This document shows, piece by piece, positions 1 through 8,814 of a stretch of 64,000 bases of DNA. The DNA is from a virus. Location of the stretch: the IMG/VR virus record IMGVR_UViG_3300025436_000002, positions 96,001 to 160,000 of that record; one strand, 5' to 3'. Below the pieces are notes generated by a model. The model was not told the DNA's origin, did no database searches, and saw only the letters and a list, made by a program, of their open reading frames with translations. Within the stretch, counting starts at the first letter, position 1. Each line of letters begins with the position of its first letter. The position numbers and the translations under genes were made by a program.

Positions 1-239
1 TGGACGAAGAGGGAATCCTTTTTGGATTATACTGTAGGACTTGTAAAGAGTTATACTATTATCAAGACGTAAATCCTTATGATAATATTGATAGAATACA
101 TTACAGATCTGCGGAAGAACTTAGAGATAGACTATCCTCAGATAGTAGCAGGTTTTGTAATTATAATAGTAGCTTCAAAGTAATAACAGATGAGAAAGAG
201 ATCAATAAGTATCTTATGGTGAGGGAGTTATTAAAATGA
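1..239 (+). CDS. ELLK-tail family small protein (5' partial)
   Basis: Ends EINKYLMVRELLK*, with the TGA overlapping the ATG at 236. Confidence 0.75.
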   Translation, partial: DEEGILFGLYCRTCKELYYYQDVNPYDNIDRIHYRSAEELRDRLSSDSSRFCNYNSSFKVITDEKEINKYLMVRELLK

Positions 240-418
240 GAGAACAGATAAACTTGACTTTGGATGATTTATGTGCTATACTGGATTGGGTAGAAGAAAA
301 CTTATTTGATTGTGACATGAGAGTTGAAGATGAAAATGATAAGGGAGTAGGCAAAGCATATAAAAGAATACGTAAGGAGATAAAAATACATGAACAAAGA
401 AGAATACCAGAGGATTAA
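236..418 (+). CDS. hypothetical protein
   Basis: ATGA-coupled start with a GGAG SD. Confidence 0.65.
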   Translation: MREQINLTLDDLCAILDWVEENLFDCDMRVEDENDKGVGKAYKRIRKEIKIHEQRRIPED

Positions 419-575
419 AAGTGAATCTACTAAATCCATGGATAGTCGTCTAGGAGTAGATAGGGGCAAGTATATTAAAGATGATTCAGAATTTGATGAT
501 TCAGAAATTATAGCATTCATTGTAGCATCTATACTTGTAATTGTCTTTAGCATGTTGTTCAGGGGGATTATCTAG
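390..575 (+). CDS. small membrane protein
   Basis: AAGGAG SD; C-terminal hydrophobic helix. Confidence 0.6.
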   Translation: MNKEEYQRIKSESTKSMDSRLGVDRGKYIKDDSEFDDSEIIAFIVASILVIVFSMLFRGII

Positions 576-746
576 ATGAATGAGAAACAATGTAAGGAAT
601 GTTTAGGTACTGGGAATATAAAGCATACGTATTCAAGAGGATTGTTAATAGGTAACTACTTGGGAACATGTGACTATTGTGGAGGTACTGGAAGCAGACT
701 AGTTAAAAGTAAAACTAAACTGGATAGAAACAATAACAAACAATAA
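576..746 (+). CDS. DnaJ-type zinc-finger small protein (not in ORF track)
   Basis: 56 aa with two CxxCxGxG motifs (CKECLGTG, CDYCGGTG). Confidence 0.7.
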   Translation: MNEKQCKECLGTGNIKHTYSRGLLIGNYLGTCDYCGGTGSRLVKSKTKLDRNNNKQ

Positions 747-791
747 CTAAAATGATACTGTGATTCAAAGGCAGTCTAGGGATTAGCTACA

Positions 792-1085
792 ATGTATTAC
801 TATAAAAAAGTACAGATATCTTGCCTCTCTCTTGATATAGGTATTGGGAAATATGGAGATGATTTGAAAGACTTATTACTAAAGTGGCTACTTAGAGGCT
901 ATATCCTTAAAATATACAGAAAAGGTGAAGAGATCTTCGACGGCACAGAAAGCCTAGGTCATTTAGAGCATGACGTAAAGCATTACCAACTGAGCCAACT
1001 TCGAGGAGATACCATGGAGTTATTAGATTTAGATGGGAATCCTACAGGTCTACATGGATCTATAAGAGAAAGAAGGTATTGGTAG
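792..1085 (+). CDS. hypothetical protein
   Basis: ORF fills the operon gap. Confidence 0.55.
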   Translation: MYYYKKVQISCLSLDIGIGKYGDDLKDLLLKWLLRGYILKIYRKGEEIFDGTESLGHLEHDVKHYQLSQLRGDTMELLDLDGNPTGLHGSIRERRYW

Positions 1086-1086
1086 C

Positions 1087-1413
1087 ATGAAAGAAGGTAC
1101 TGGTAAAATGTTTAACGATGCTAAAGTAATGAAACAAGAGTATATAGCAATATCCATGAGCTCCGAGATGGATAGGCATACTTATACTTACTTTATATCT
1201 TCGGGTGTCCTCTTCTTTCAAGCTATAAAAGAAGAGGGTAGGCTAGGGAAGATCCGTAAACACTACCTAAGTAATAAGTACCCCTCTAGGGAAGACTGTC
1301 TTAAAGAACTAATTAAATTTAGTAAGGATGCATTAAATGGATATGAATTAGTAGCTGTAAGTTCACAACAAGAGATTGATAGATATATGATGACAAGGGA
1401 GCTATTAAAATGA
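1087..1413 (+). CDS. ELLK-tail family small protein
   Basis: MKQEYIAIS...IDRYMMTRELLK*. Confidence 0.8.
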   Translation: MKEGTGKMFNDAKVMKQEYIAISMSSEMDRHTYTYFISSGVLFFQAIKEEGRLGKIRKHYLSNKYPSREDCLKELIKFSKDALNGYELVAVSSQQEIDRYMMTRELLK

Positions 1414-1682
1414 ACGTAGTTAAAAATTTAGTAGCTGTGGCAATTCCTCCGTTACAGAGACTTGATACAAAGTTTTTCCACCTTGATGAGTATGGGATGT
1501 ATGTAGAGGAGTGTGTTTATCTTGGAGAAGATTACCTTGACCGTTCTACCCTACATACTCTTAGGGAAGTAGATCATGATCTTAGAAGGAGATTAGCTAT
1601 CTTTGAATGTACAAGTTTTAGTATCGTACAGGAGGAGAAAGAACTTAGGAAGTATTCTATGATTATGGAGTTGATGAGATGA
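1410..1682 (+). CDS. ELLK-tail family small protein
   Basis: ATGA overlap; LRKYSMIMELMR*. Confidence 0.8.
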   Translation: MNVVKNLVAVAIPPLQRLDTKFFHLDEYGMYVEECVYLGEDYLDRSTLHTLREVDHDLRRRLAIFECTSFSIVQEEKELRKYSMIMELMR

Positions 1683-1696
1683 ATTACAACTTTCTC

Positions 1697-1750
1697 GTCC
1701 CTAGGGCATTCTAATCCATTTGTTACTGGTTTTAGTTAAAAATAAATAGG
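1697..1750 (+). repeat. dispersed ~55-bp intergenic element, copy 1
   Basis: cgtccctagggc...atttgttactggt.ttagttaaaaataaa recurs at 5734-5788. Confidence 0.8.
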
Positions 1751-1761
1751 ATGTTGTTAAA

Positions 1762-2073
1762 ATGAAAGAAGAGCAGTGGAAAGTTTTTCGTCAAGATAAT
1801 GAATACTGTATCTCAAGTCATGGTAGATTTATAAGAAGAGATACTGGAGTCTGTTTAAATATAGTAAAAAACTACACTCGTAAGGGCAATTTAACTAGCT
1901 CCAGTGTAGGCATCAGGACTAATGGCAAACGATATTCCTATACTATTCCCATACTAGTTCTTAGTTATTTTAAAGAACCCTCTCCTTATAAAGGATGTAT
2001 TACTTTCCATATTAATGGAGATCCTATGGATAATACAATAGATAATCTAATATGGAAGGGGGTGTTGAAATGA
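1762..2073 (+). CDS. NUMOD4-HNH homing endonuclease-like protein (short, possibly degenerate)
   Basis: WKVF...YCISSHGR (NUMOD4-like) and HINGDPMDNTIDNLIW (HNH). Confidence 0.7.
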   Translation: MKEEQWKVFRQDNEYCISSHGRFIRRDTGVCLNIVKNYTRKGNLTSSSVGIRTNGKRYSYTIPILVLSYFKEPSPYKGCITFHINGDPMDNTIDNLIWKGVLK

Positions 2074-2387
2074 ATAAAGATTTTACATTGGAGATATTAG
2101 TAATATTAGACACCTTGCCCTCCGTTGCGTTTTATAGTTCGCAAGGTAAGTATTATATAAGTACCTGCCCATGGCAATTCACTGAGGAGATATTATTTAA
2201 AGATAGGTTTAAACATGTATTAGTTAAGACTTCACATAGCCGTGAAGAAGCTATCAAGAGATTTGAAGATTATACAGATAGGGAAGTACTGACTGATAGG
2301 GAAGCTATACGGAGGGCAATGGGGGAATATCATCAAAAAATAAAGGACTTGCACCCTAGGATAGCTACTGGTAAAATGTTAAAGTAA
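2070..2387 (+). CDS. hypothetical protein
   Basis: ATGA overlap start (MNKDF). Confidence 0.65.
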   Translation: MNKDFTLEILVILDTLPSVAFYSSQGKYYISTCPWQFTEEILFKDRFKHVLVKTSHSREEAIKRFEDYTDREVLTDREAIRRAMGEYHQKIKDLHPRIATGKMLK

Positions 2388-2467
2388 TGTAACGAACTTA
2401 GAAAGGTAGGCTTGTAACTGAGTCTACCTTATGCTATACTAACTATGTAAGGTTGATTAAAGGAGAC
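2386..2467 (+). promoter_or_regulatory. stem-loop sigma70-type promoter module
   Basis: GTAAC box; IR aaggtaggctt/gagtctacctt; -35 TTGTAA 2412; 17 bp spacer; TG-TATACT 2435; leader gtaaggttgattaaaggag. Confidence 0.8.
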
Positions 2468-2473
2468 TGTATT

Positions 2474-3004
2474 ATGATTATTAAAGAAGCTAAAACTTTA
2501 GAAGATATAATTAAGGTCTACACCCAAGCTGAAAAGAAATATGGAGTAGTTGATGGTATAAGAAATTATAGGGTAGAAACACATGAAGACAGGGATATAT
2601 CCGTAGCCGTAATATACCTTACTGATTATAAAGGTAACGAGTATGAGGTTATAAGAAATAGATGTCCTAGGGGACAGAACTTTAAAGCTTTCATTGAAGG
2701 AAAATTATATTCTATAGTATTTGCATGGAATATAGGGAATACTGTGGGTGTTAGATTATCAAGTCATGATCTAATATCTAAACCACAGTTACTTTTTAGG
2801 ATTACACACGCAAAGAGCAAAGGTAAAACGGTAGCTCCTAAAGTCTCTTTTACTATAATTAAAGTGCTAAGGGTACAATGCTCTTGTGGTAAAGAATACA
2901 CTGAGCATGAGAACGAAGAAAATAGCTGGTATAACTTAGCGGGAGTTATAAAGGGAGAAGCTTCCCTAGTTTGCGAGAGTTGTGGACTAACCCTTAAAGT
3001 TTAG
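2474..3004 (+). CDS. hypothetical protein with C-terminal Zn ribbon
   Basis: CSCG...CESCG; SD upstream of the ATG at 2474. Confidence 0.7.
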   Translation: MIIKEAKTLEDIIKVYTQAEKKYGVVDGIRNYRVETHEDRDISVAVIYLTDYKGNEYEVIRNRCPRGQNFKAFIEGKLYSIVFAWNIGNTVGVRLSSHDLISKPQLLFRITHAKSKGKTVAPKVSFTIIKVLRVQCSCGKEYTEHENEENSWYNLAGVIKGEASLVCESCGLTLKV

Positions 3005-3030
3005 GTAGGTTAATTAAAGGAGTTAATGAA

Positions 3031-3303
3031 ATGATTAATAAGATCAGGGAGTTAATAACTAAAGCCAGAAATGATAAAAAGAGTTTAGAGAGAGCATACC
3101 TAGAGTATATGAGGGATGCTTACGTTGATATTTATTTGAGTAGTGCCTTGGATAGTATCGATAAAGATAATAACAGAGATTGGGACAGTGGCTTCTCGGA
3201 TGAGGAAGCCCTTCTATGGGCTGAGGATAGGGGGCTTGATTTCGAAGACTACATGGGAAGAGTTGAGGAGAACGACGGTGAACCTGTGGAGTATTTTGGT
3301 TAA
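3031..3303 (+). CDS. acidic protein with MINKIRELI leader
   Basis: N-terminus matches the leader family; SD aaggagttaatgaaATG. Confidence 0.7.
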   Translation: MINKIRELITKARNDKKSLERAYLEYMRDAYVDIYLSSALDSIDKDNNRDWDSGFSDEEALLWAEDRGLDFEDYMGRVEENDGEPVEYFG

Positions 3304-3331
3304 TTAAGGAGTTATTGAAATAATCGGTATA

Positions 3332-3429
3332 CTAAGAAGAAGTACGACTGTAAAGATTATAGGTGGCAGGCATGAGTAAAAAAATATGTAGCGTTAACCC
3401 TAGACAAGGGCAAAATAAAGTACAAATAC
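3332..3429 (+). repeat. duplicated segment (paralogous to 6569-6669)
   Basis: aagaagaagtac.actgtaaagat.ata.gtggcaggcatg...tagacaagggcaaa.taa.gtacaaat is shared. Confidence 0.85.
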
Positions 3430-3606
3430 TTTATGGTAGGCAATGAATTACACATAGAGTTTTATAATGGAACTACTAACTACGCATCTGAGCAGAGTCT
3501 TGAGGAGAATTTTAAGTATGATAAAAGTACTTTAACTGACCCTTTTTTAGTGGAAGGAGTTCAAGAAGCTAATAAGTTCTTAATGGCGGGGGAGTTATTG
3601 AAATGA
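3372..3606 (+). pseudogene. ELLK-tail family gene frameshifted in an A7 run
   Basis: ATG AGT AAAAAAA TAT; an A6 run would give MSKKYVALTLDKG...ANKFLMAGELLK*. Confidence 0.75.
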
Positions 3607-3917
3607 ATAGGAAATATGTAGCATTGTCAACCTTCATAGACAGTAGGGATATAATAGAATATGTTCTGTATAGTACTCATGTCTTTAAAGGAGATGGTAA
3701 GACTTATCTCGAATGTATCACAGAAAGCATGATTGAACATAAAGATTGTCCTTATTATGCTAAAGATGTATGGGATTCCAATCTTCATACAGAAGGTATT
3801 AATATTAGAAAGTCTTTGAGTCAACACCTTAGCTATGACAGATCTCAAGGGTATAAAACAACTAGGGATGTAAAGGTTATAAACAATTTCTTAATGATGA
3901 AGGAGTTATTAAAATAA
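3603..3917 (+). CDS. ELLK-tail family small protein
   Basis: MNRKYVALS...INNFLMMKELLK*. Confidence 0.85.
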   Translation: MNRKYVALSTFIDSRDIIEYVLYSTHVFKGDGKTYLECITESMIEHKDCPYYAKDVWDSNLHTEGINIRKSLSQHLSYDRSQGYKTTRDVKVINNFLMMKELLK

Positions 3918-3933
3918 CATAAGGAGAAGAATA

Positions 3934-4194
3934 ATGACAAACCGAGAAGATGCAAAATTCATATTCGTTAGTATTATAGCAGAAGACTGTGTATATATTA
4001 GTGACGAAGCATTAGAAGACGGGCAAGATGAGGTTAAAAAGAGTCCGTCATTTAGTTGGTTTCCAACGGAGGACGAACGAAAACAACACTTAAATCATAT
4101 AAGCCTATACCATAGGAACATACATGAACTTCCAATACTGGATAGATTTGGAAAGACCCTCGACTTTAAAACAGTTGGAGAATACTTAGCATAA
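3934..4194 (+). CDS. hypothetical protein
   Basis: AAGGAG SD. Confidence 0.7.
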   Translation: MTNREDAKFIFVSIIAEDCVYISDEALEDGQDEVKKSPSFSWFPTEDERKQHLNHISLYHRNIHELPILDRFGKTLDFKTVGEYLA

Positions 4195-4197
4195 CAT

Positions 4198-4279
4198 AAT
4201 GTAACGAACCATGCCCGAAGAGATTGACCTATCTTCGGGCATGTGCTATTATAATATGGTAAGATTGATTGAAAGGAGT
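4198..4279 (+). promoter_or_regulatory. stem-loop sigma70-type promoter module
   Basis: 12-bp IR catgcccgaaga/tcttcgggcatg; TTGACC 4224; TG-TATTAT 4247. Confidence 0.8.
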
Positions 4280-4284
4280 GTTAC

Positions 4285-4430
4285 ATGATTAGACCCAAGT
4301 TAACTTATATAACATCTGTCCTCAATCTTACTACCATGTTTCAACTTTACGTATGGATAAGTGTAGAACAGTATCAACCAAGACTAGTATTATCAGTAAA
4401 TATTTAATGACTTTGGAGTTATTAAAATGA
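4285..4430 (+). pseudogene. ELLK-tail remnant
   Basis: The SD-linked ATG at 4285 is out of frame with the tail ISKYLMTLELLK*. Confidence 0.55.
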
Positions 4431-4711
4431 AACCAAAACTATATCCTACACAAAAGATAGAAAATGATGAAGGTATAGAATACATAGCTCTCTCGTACTC
4501 AGGTTCAAGAATATTATACGGGTACTCCTATAATAAGGATGGAAAGCTTGTAGCTCATGATATTAGTAGTAACGGAGTTCACACCTTTATGCCCAGCGGA
4601 AAACTAGATACCGAGCTACAACGAGATAGAATCTTATTTACAAATGTTAAAACTACTAAGTCTAAGAAGAAGATAAAAAAGTTACTAATGATTCGGGAGC
4701 TACTAAGATGA
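4427..4711 (+). CDS. ELLK-tail family small protein
   Basis: EYIALSY...IKKLLMIRELLR*. Confidence 0.85.
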   Translation: MKPKLYPTQKIENDEGIEYIALSYSGSRILYGYSYNKDGKLVAHDISSNGVHTFMPSGKLDTELQRDRILFTNVKTTKSKKKIKKLLMIRELLR

Positions 4712-4965
4712 TAATAATAAAAGATGAGGAGATAATATTAGCTGTAATAAAGCCCATGGACAAGACAGAAGAGCCTTATATATTCTTATACTTCTGGGAT
4801 GGTGGCAGACTTTGTTATTGGGATAACAAAGGGAGGTGGAATCGAAGTTGCCACTCTGAGCTTGATGAGTTGTATGAAGACCTTTCATCATTGAAGATCT
4901 ATGAAATAACAACGGATGAATCTGTAATAAAGAAATATATCATGGCTATGGAGTTACTAAAATGA
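4708..4965 (+). CDS. ELLK-tail family small protein (paralog of 6790)
   Basis: FLYFW....LCYWD; IKKYIMAMELLK*. Confidence 0.85.
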   Translation: MIIIKDEEIILAVIKPMDKTEEPYIFLYFWDGGRLCYWDNKGRWNRSCHSELDELYEDLSSLKIYEITTDESVIKKYIMAMELLK

Positions 4966-5252
4966 ATCCTAATGATCCTATACTAGATTTTAGTCATATA
5001 GAGCTTACTTTGATCTGCTGGGTAGCTATAAAGAATCAAAGTATGGAGCCTCTATATTTCTATGTGGATAAGGACACGGATTTATACTTCTATAACCCAT
5101 GGTATTACACTAAGTTAAGTTTAAATATTTCCCTAGACTTAGCTTATCCGCATGAGTTAAAAGATTATCTGGATGATGGTAACTATATATGGAAATCCGA
5201 TCAGTTAGGGATTGCCAAAAAGTATAGTGTACTACAGGAGTTAATGAAATGA
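4962..5252 (+). CDS. ELLK-tail family small protein
   Basis: AKKYSVLQELMK*. Confidence 0.8.
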   Translation: MNPNDPILDFSHIELTLICWVAIKNQSMEPLYFYVDKDTDLYFYNPWYYTKLSLNISLDLAYPHELKDYLDDGNYIWKSDQLGIAKKYSVLQELMK

Positions 5253-5483
5253 CTAGAGAATACATAGCTCTATCCACAAGAGAAGAAGACGGAAAGTATT
5301 GGTTATACTGGATGAAAGGATCTAAATTAATGTTCTCGGATAGGTGTGACGGTGGAGCACAGTTCAGCCAACTACTAGATTTAAAACAGAATCTTAATAG
5401 TGATAAGGTTAGTGCTATATACTTCGACTAAAGATCCAAAAAAGATAGCAAAGTTTTTAATGATAAGAGAGTTATTAAAATGA
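5249..5483 (+). pseudogene. ELLK-tail family gene, frameshifted
   Basis: The MTREYIALS frame stops at 5431; the tail TKDPKKIAKFLMIRELLK* is in another frame. Confidence 0.7.
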
Positions 5484-5725
5484 ATAAGGAATACGTAGTC
5501 ATAACTTTGAAAAAGAATGGGGATGTAAAATATAGATATTATTATATATCTGGAGAATTGTATTATGATTCCTATGGTAACTATGGTAACTATAACGTTC
5601 TCGGATCTCTTGCTCCGATAAATGATCTTGCAGCAAATCTCGATGATGATACATGCTGGGGTCATGAGACCTTGGTGGGTAATGAGGCTATAAAGTATCT
5701 AATGGTACAAGAGTTAAAAAAATAA
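5480..5725 (+). CDS. ELLK-tail family small protein
   Basis: MNKEYVVIT...AIKYLMVQELKK*. Confidence 0.85.
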   Translation: MNKEYVVITLKKNGDVKYRYYYISGELYYDSYGNYGNYNVLGSLAPINDLAANLDDDTCWGHETLVGNEAIKYLMVQELKK

Positions 5726-5733
5726 TCATTTCC

Positions 5734-5788
5734 CGTCCCTAGGGCGTTTGGATCTATTTGTTACTGGTATTAGTTAAAAATAAAAGGA
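5734..5788 (+). repeat. dispersed ~55-bp intergenic element, copy 2
   Basis: Matches 1697-1750. Confidence 0.8.
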
Positions 5789-5797
5789 GATTAGAGT

Positions 5798-6346
5798 ATG
5801 ACATGTATCGTGGGAATCAAAACAACTGACAATGTTTACATAGGCGGAGATACATTTGGATCAAATGGACATACTGGAGAAAGCTACCTAAGACCTAAGG
5901 TATTTAAAAAAGGTAACATGATTATAGGAGTCTGTGGTAGTTATAGATTAATGCAAATACTGGAGTTCTGTTTAGAGCTACCTAAGAAATACGAAGGCAT
6001 CAGCACAGAGAAGTATTTATATATAGATTTCATTAATGCTGTAAGAACTACTTTAAAAGCAAACGGACTCCTTGCTGTTGATAAGGGTGTTGAATCCATG
6101 GATGGAGGAATATTCTTGATGGGATATGAAGGAGAGTTATACAAAGTACAGCAAGATTTATCAATACTCATGCCTGCTTCTGGATACGCTTCTGTAGGCT
6201 CTGGATGTGACCATGCTAAGGCTAGTCTATTCTCTACGGAGGGACTACTATTGGATCCTAAAGAGAGGATAGTTAAAGCAATAGAATGTGCCAACAACTT
6301 TGTAGTAAGTGTTAACGGTGAGAATAATATAATAAGTTTAATTTAA
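5798..6346 (+). CDS. HslV/proteasome-beta-like Ntn peptidase
   Basis: N-terminal MTCIVG with Thr nucleophile; GGD, KVF, GVCG, YASVGSG. Confidence 0.8.
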   Translation: MTCIVGIKTTDNVYIGGDTFGSNGHTGESYLRPKVFKKGNMIIGVCGSYRLMQILEFCLELPKKYEGISTEKYLYIDFINAVRTTLKANGLLAVDKGVESMDGGIFLMGYEGELYKVQQDLSILMPASGYASVGSGCDHAKASLFSTEGLLLDPKERIVKAIECANNFVVSVNGENNIISLI

Positions 6347-6349
6347 AGT

Positions 6350-6431
6350 AATGTAACAAAGATATTAAGACAGACTTGAAATATAGTCTGTCTTATGTTA
6401 TTCTAAGTAAGTAAGGTTAATTACTAAGGAG
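6350..6431 (+). promoter_or_regulatory. stem-loop sigma70-type promoter module
   Basis: IR taagacagact/agtctgtctta; TTGAAA 6376; TG-TATTCT 6399; gtaaggttaatt leader. Confidence 0.8.
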
Positions 6432-6438
6432 TTACATC

Positions 6439-6612
6439 ATGAGTTTTGAAATAAGTATTGAACCTAGGTGTGGAGTCTATGGAGTCGCTCATGTATTTGA
6501 TAAGACTCGTAACTTAGAGAGAGCTATCGAAAGTTGTGTCCTTAACAATAGAAATGAACTTACAACTATAAAGAAGAAGTACAACTGTAAAGATCATAAG
6601 TGGCAGGCATGA
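6439..6612 (+). CDS. hypothetical protein (57 aa, not in ORF track)
   Basis: AAGGAG SD; ends KKKYNCKDHKWQA*; its 3' end is duplicated at ~3332. Confidence 0.65.
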   Translation: MSFEISIEPRCGVYGVAHVFDKTRNLERAIESCVLNNRNELTTIKKKYNCKDHKWQA

Positions 6613-6692
6613 ATAAAGAGTATATAGCACTAACCTTAGACAAGGGCAAAGTAAGGTACAAATTCTTAATGTCTCAGGAGTTATTAAAATGA
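6609..6692 (+). CDS. 27-aa internally deleted ELLK-tail mini-gene
   Basis: MNKEYIALTLDKGKVRYKFLMSQELLK*. Confidence 0.7.
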   Translation: MNKEYIALTLDKGKVRYKFLMSQELLK

Positions 6693-6789
6693 TATCATAC
6701 GTTAATCCTTATACACCTATTGATGAAGATACTGAATACAAAGGTATATCCTATTCTGGAACAAAGATACCTAAGAGTAGGTATTCTGT

Positions 6790-7020
6790 ATGATTATAAA
6801 AGGGGAAGAGATAATAGCTGCACTCATCAACCCTGAGAGTACAACATGGGCATTCTTATACTTCTGGTCTCATGATAAGTTGTGTTATTGGGATAGTACT
6901 ATGTCATTTAATACTAGCCGATTCAGGACTCTCGAGGGGTTATCTATGGATAACCCTCACTATACATCAGACATGCAAAAGATTAGTAAGTTTTTAATGA
7001 CAAAGGAGTTATTAAAGTGA
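6790..7020 (+). CDS. ELLK-tail family small protein
   Basis: ISKFLMTKELLK*. Confidence 0.85.
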   Translation: MIIKGEEIIAALINPESTTWAFLYFWSHDKLCYWDSTMSFNTSRFRTLEGLSMDNPHYTSDMQKISKFLMTKELLK

Positions 7021-7319
7021 ATAAAACATATGTAGCCATCTTAGATAAATCATATTATGATTGTATTTATGTATTCTATTTCTATTCTAAGAAAGAAGTA
7101 TTAGTACCTTCAGGCGTTCTTATGTATGATTCATATAATAGACATACTAATAGATGTATTGATGGGAATATTTGGAGAGGGTTAGTATTAAAGTTAACTA
7201 GAGAAGCGTGGCTAAGGCAACTAAAACATGACTACAATGCTGACGACAGTACTCTTACTGATATTGACACACAGAATGATGTAGATAAATTTCTTATGGT
7301 AATAGAGTTACTAAAGTAA
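7017..7319 (+). CDS. ELLK-tail family small protein
   Basis: GTGA overlap; VDKFLMVIELLK*. Confidence 0.85.
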   Translation: MNKTYVAILDKSYYDCIYVFYFYSKKEVLVPSGVLMYDSYNRHTNRCIDGNIWRGLVLKLTREAWLRQLKHDYNADDSTLTDIDTQNDVDKFLMVIELLK

Positions 7320-7398
7320 TGTAACAAACATGCCTGCAAAGGATTGAACTCTCTTCTGACATGTGCTAGTATAATTATATAAGATTGAATGTAAGGAG
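7318..7398 (+). promoter_or_regulatory. degenerate stem-loop promoter module
   Basis: GTAAC box; TTGAAC 7344; TG-TAGTAT 7367; residual acatg/catgt arms. Confidence 0.65.
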
Positions 7399-7438
7399 AT
7401 ATTGAAATGGTAGAGAAGAAATTACTAACAAGTTAGGT

Positions 7439-8050
7439 GTGGAATTAAATTTCATATCTTATTTTTTCGTAGGGGATTGTTCCTTGTGGGGAGTGGCCTA
7501 CATATACTTCGATGGCAAAGACATACGAGCCTATAGCCCGAAAAGGGGTACTGCCATGTATGGATCAGACTGTATACTCAGTGCCTATCCTGAGGAATGG
7601 GATTATAGAGAAATAAAGTACATAACATCTTATGGCGTTTCTAAAAAAGAAGTGGAAGATTTTATATCCAATTCTTCCGAAGACCTCGACGAAACTAAAG
7701 AATTCCTAGTAAAGCATGGGATAGTATGTTCGGATACAATAAGAGCTGATCTAGCTAGTCGAATAGGTATAGGTAGAAAATATGTACCTCTCACCATTGA
7801 TGAACTTGTAGATAAGTTATACAGTATCTTAGAGTCAAAGAATGTAGAATTATCTCGAGAAACTGAACTATCCCAAGTATATAATAAAACTGATAAGAGT
7901 CGTCTGGTAGACAGTACTATTGGGAATATACTGTACGAGGATGATTATAACGGATTTAAGAAACTTAGTAACGACTTAGGATGGTTACTAGATTCAGACT
8001 ATGGAAATACATCAGTATGTCTATATACTGATACAAATCTAAACGTATAG
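7439..8050 (+). CDS. hypothetical protein
   Basis: 203-aa ORF. Confidence 0.7.
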   Translation: MELNFISYFFVGDCSLWGVAYIYFDGKDIRAYSPKRGTAMYGSDCILSAYPEEWDYREIKYITSYGVSKKEVEDFISNSSEDLDETKEFLVKHGIVCSDTIRADLASRIGIGRKYVPLTIDELVDKLYSILESKNVELSRETELSQVYNKTDKSRLVDSTIGNILYEDDYNGFKKLSNDLGWLLDSDYGNTSVCLYTDTNLNV

Positions 8051-8061
8051 GAAGATAAGGG

Positions 8062-8093
8062 TTGACCTATCTTTGGGCGTGTGTTAGTATAAT
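8062..8093 (+). promoter_or_regulatory. promoter, right half of the 4198-type module
   Basis: ttgacctatctttgggcgtgtgttagtataat resembles 4224-4255. Confidence 0.7.
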
Positions 8094-8122
8094 TATAGAT
8101 TAGATATAAGAAAGAGGTTGCA

Positions 8123-8560
8123 ATGTTTAAAAATTTTAAGAAGCTGTTGAACTGTCAGAGGGAGATACCTAAATCCGAAGTAATACCAATAATGAGTTCT
8201 GAGGAAGAAAAAACTCAGGAGATTTGTGAAGAGCTTGTGAAATTAATGTACCGTATTCTAGAAAGTAACTTCCTTACAGATGAAATGAATAGAGAATACT
8301 TAGCCTTGTGGACTCCCATCACCCCAGATTCGAAATTTTCTAATTCTGAAGAGTACTACATCTTCTACCACTACCGTAAAAATTTAGGATACGATAGGTA
8401 TTCCAAAGGAGTTAAAGTGTCTACTGATAATAAATGGAAGACAGTTAAGGGGAATTGTTTAGATTATTTAAGGGATTACCTTGGGGAGGATAATATTACT
8501 CCCATAGAATCTCTTAAGGATGTCGATAAGTACCTAATGACGTGGGAGTTATTAAGGTGA
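8123..8560 (+). CDS. ELLK-tail family protein with a fused N-terminal extension
   Basis: Internal MNREYLAL at 8285; VDKYLMTWELLR*. Confidence 0.8.
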   Translation: MFKNFKKLLNCQREIPKSEVIPIMSSEEEKTQEICEELVKLMYRILESNFLTDEMNREYLALWTPITPDSKFSNSEEYYIFYHYRKNLGYDRYSKGVKVSTDNKWKTVKGNCLDYLRDYLGEDNITPIESLKDVDKYLMTWELLR

Positions 8561-8814
8561 ATGAATGTGTTGCTGTATCCTATAATGAAGATTGTGTTAT
8601 AAAATACTACTACCTACAACTATGTGGTAGAATGGAACTTGTCTATGATGTTATTCAGAGGGATTCATCCTCACCTAAAAGCCATGTTACCTCAAGAAGA
8701 TGTCATACTACTTTAACTGAGGAACTTGATAGAGATAAATTTTGCGAGTATACTATAGTAACGGACAAGAAGGGGATACTCTTGAAACTTATGGAATTGG
8801 AGTTAATGAGATGA
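8557..8814 (+). CDS. ELLK-tail family small protein
   Basis: GTGA overlap start; LLKLMELELMR*. Confidence 0.8.
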   Translation: MNECVAVSYNEDCVIKYYYLQLCGRMELVYDVIQRDSSSPKSHVTSRRCHTTLTEELDRDKFCEYTIVTDKKGILLKLMELELMR

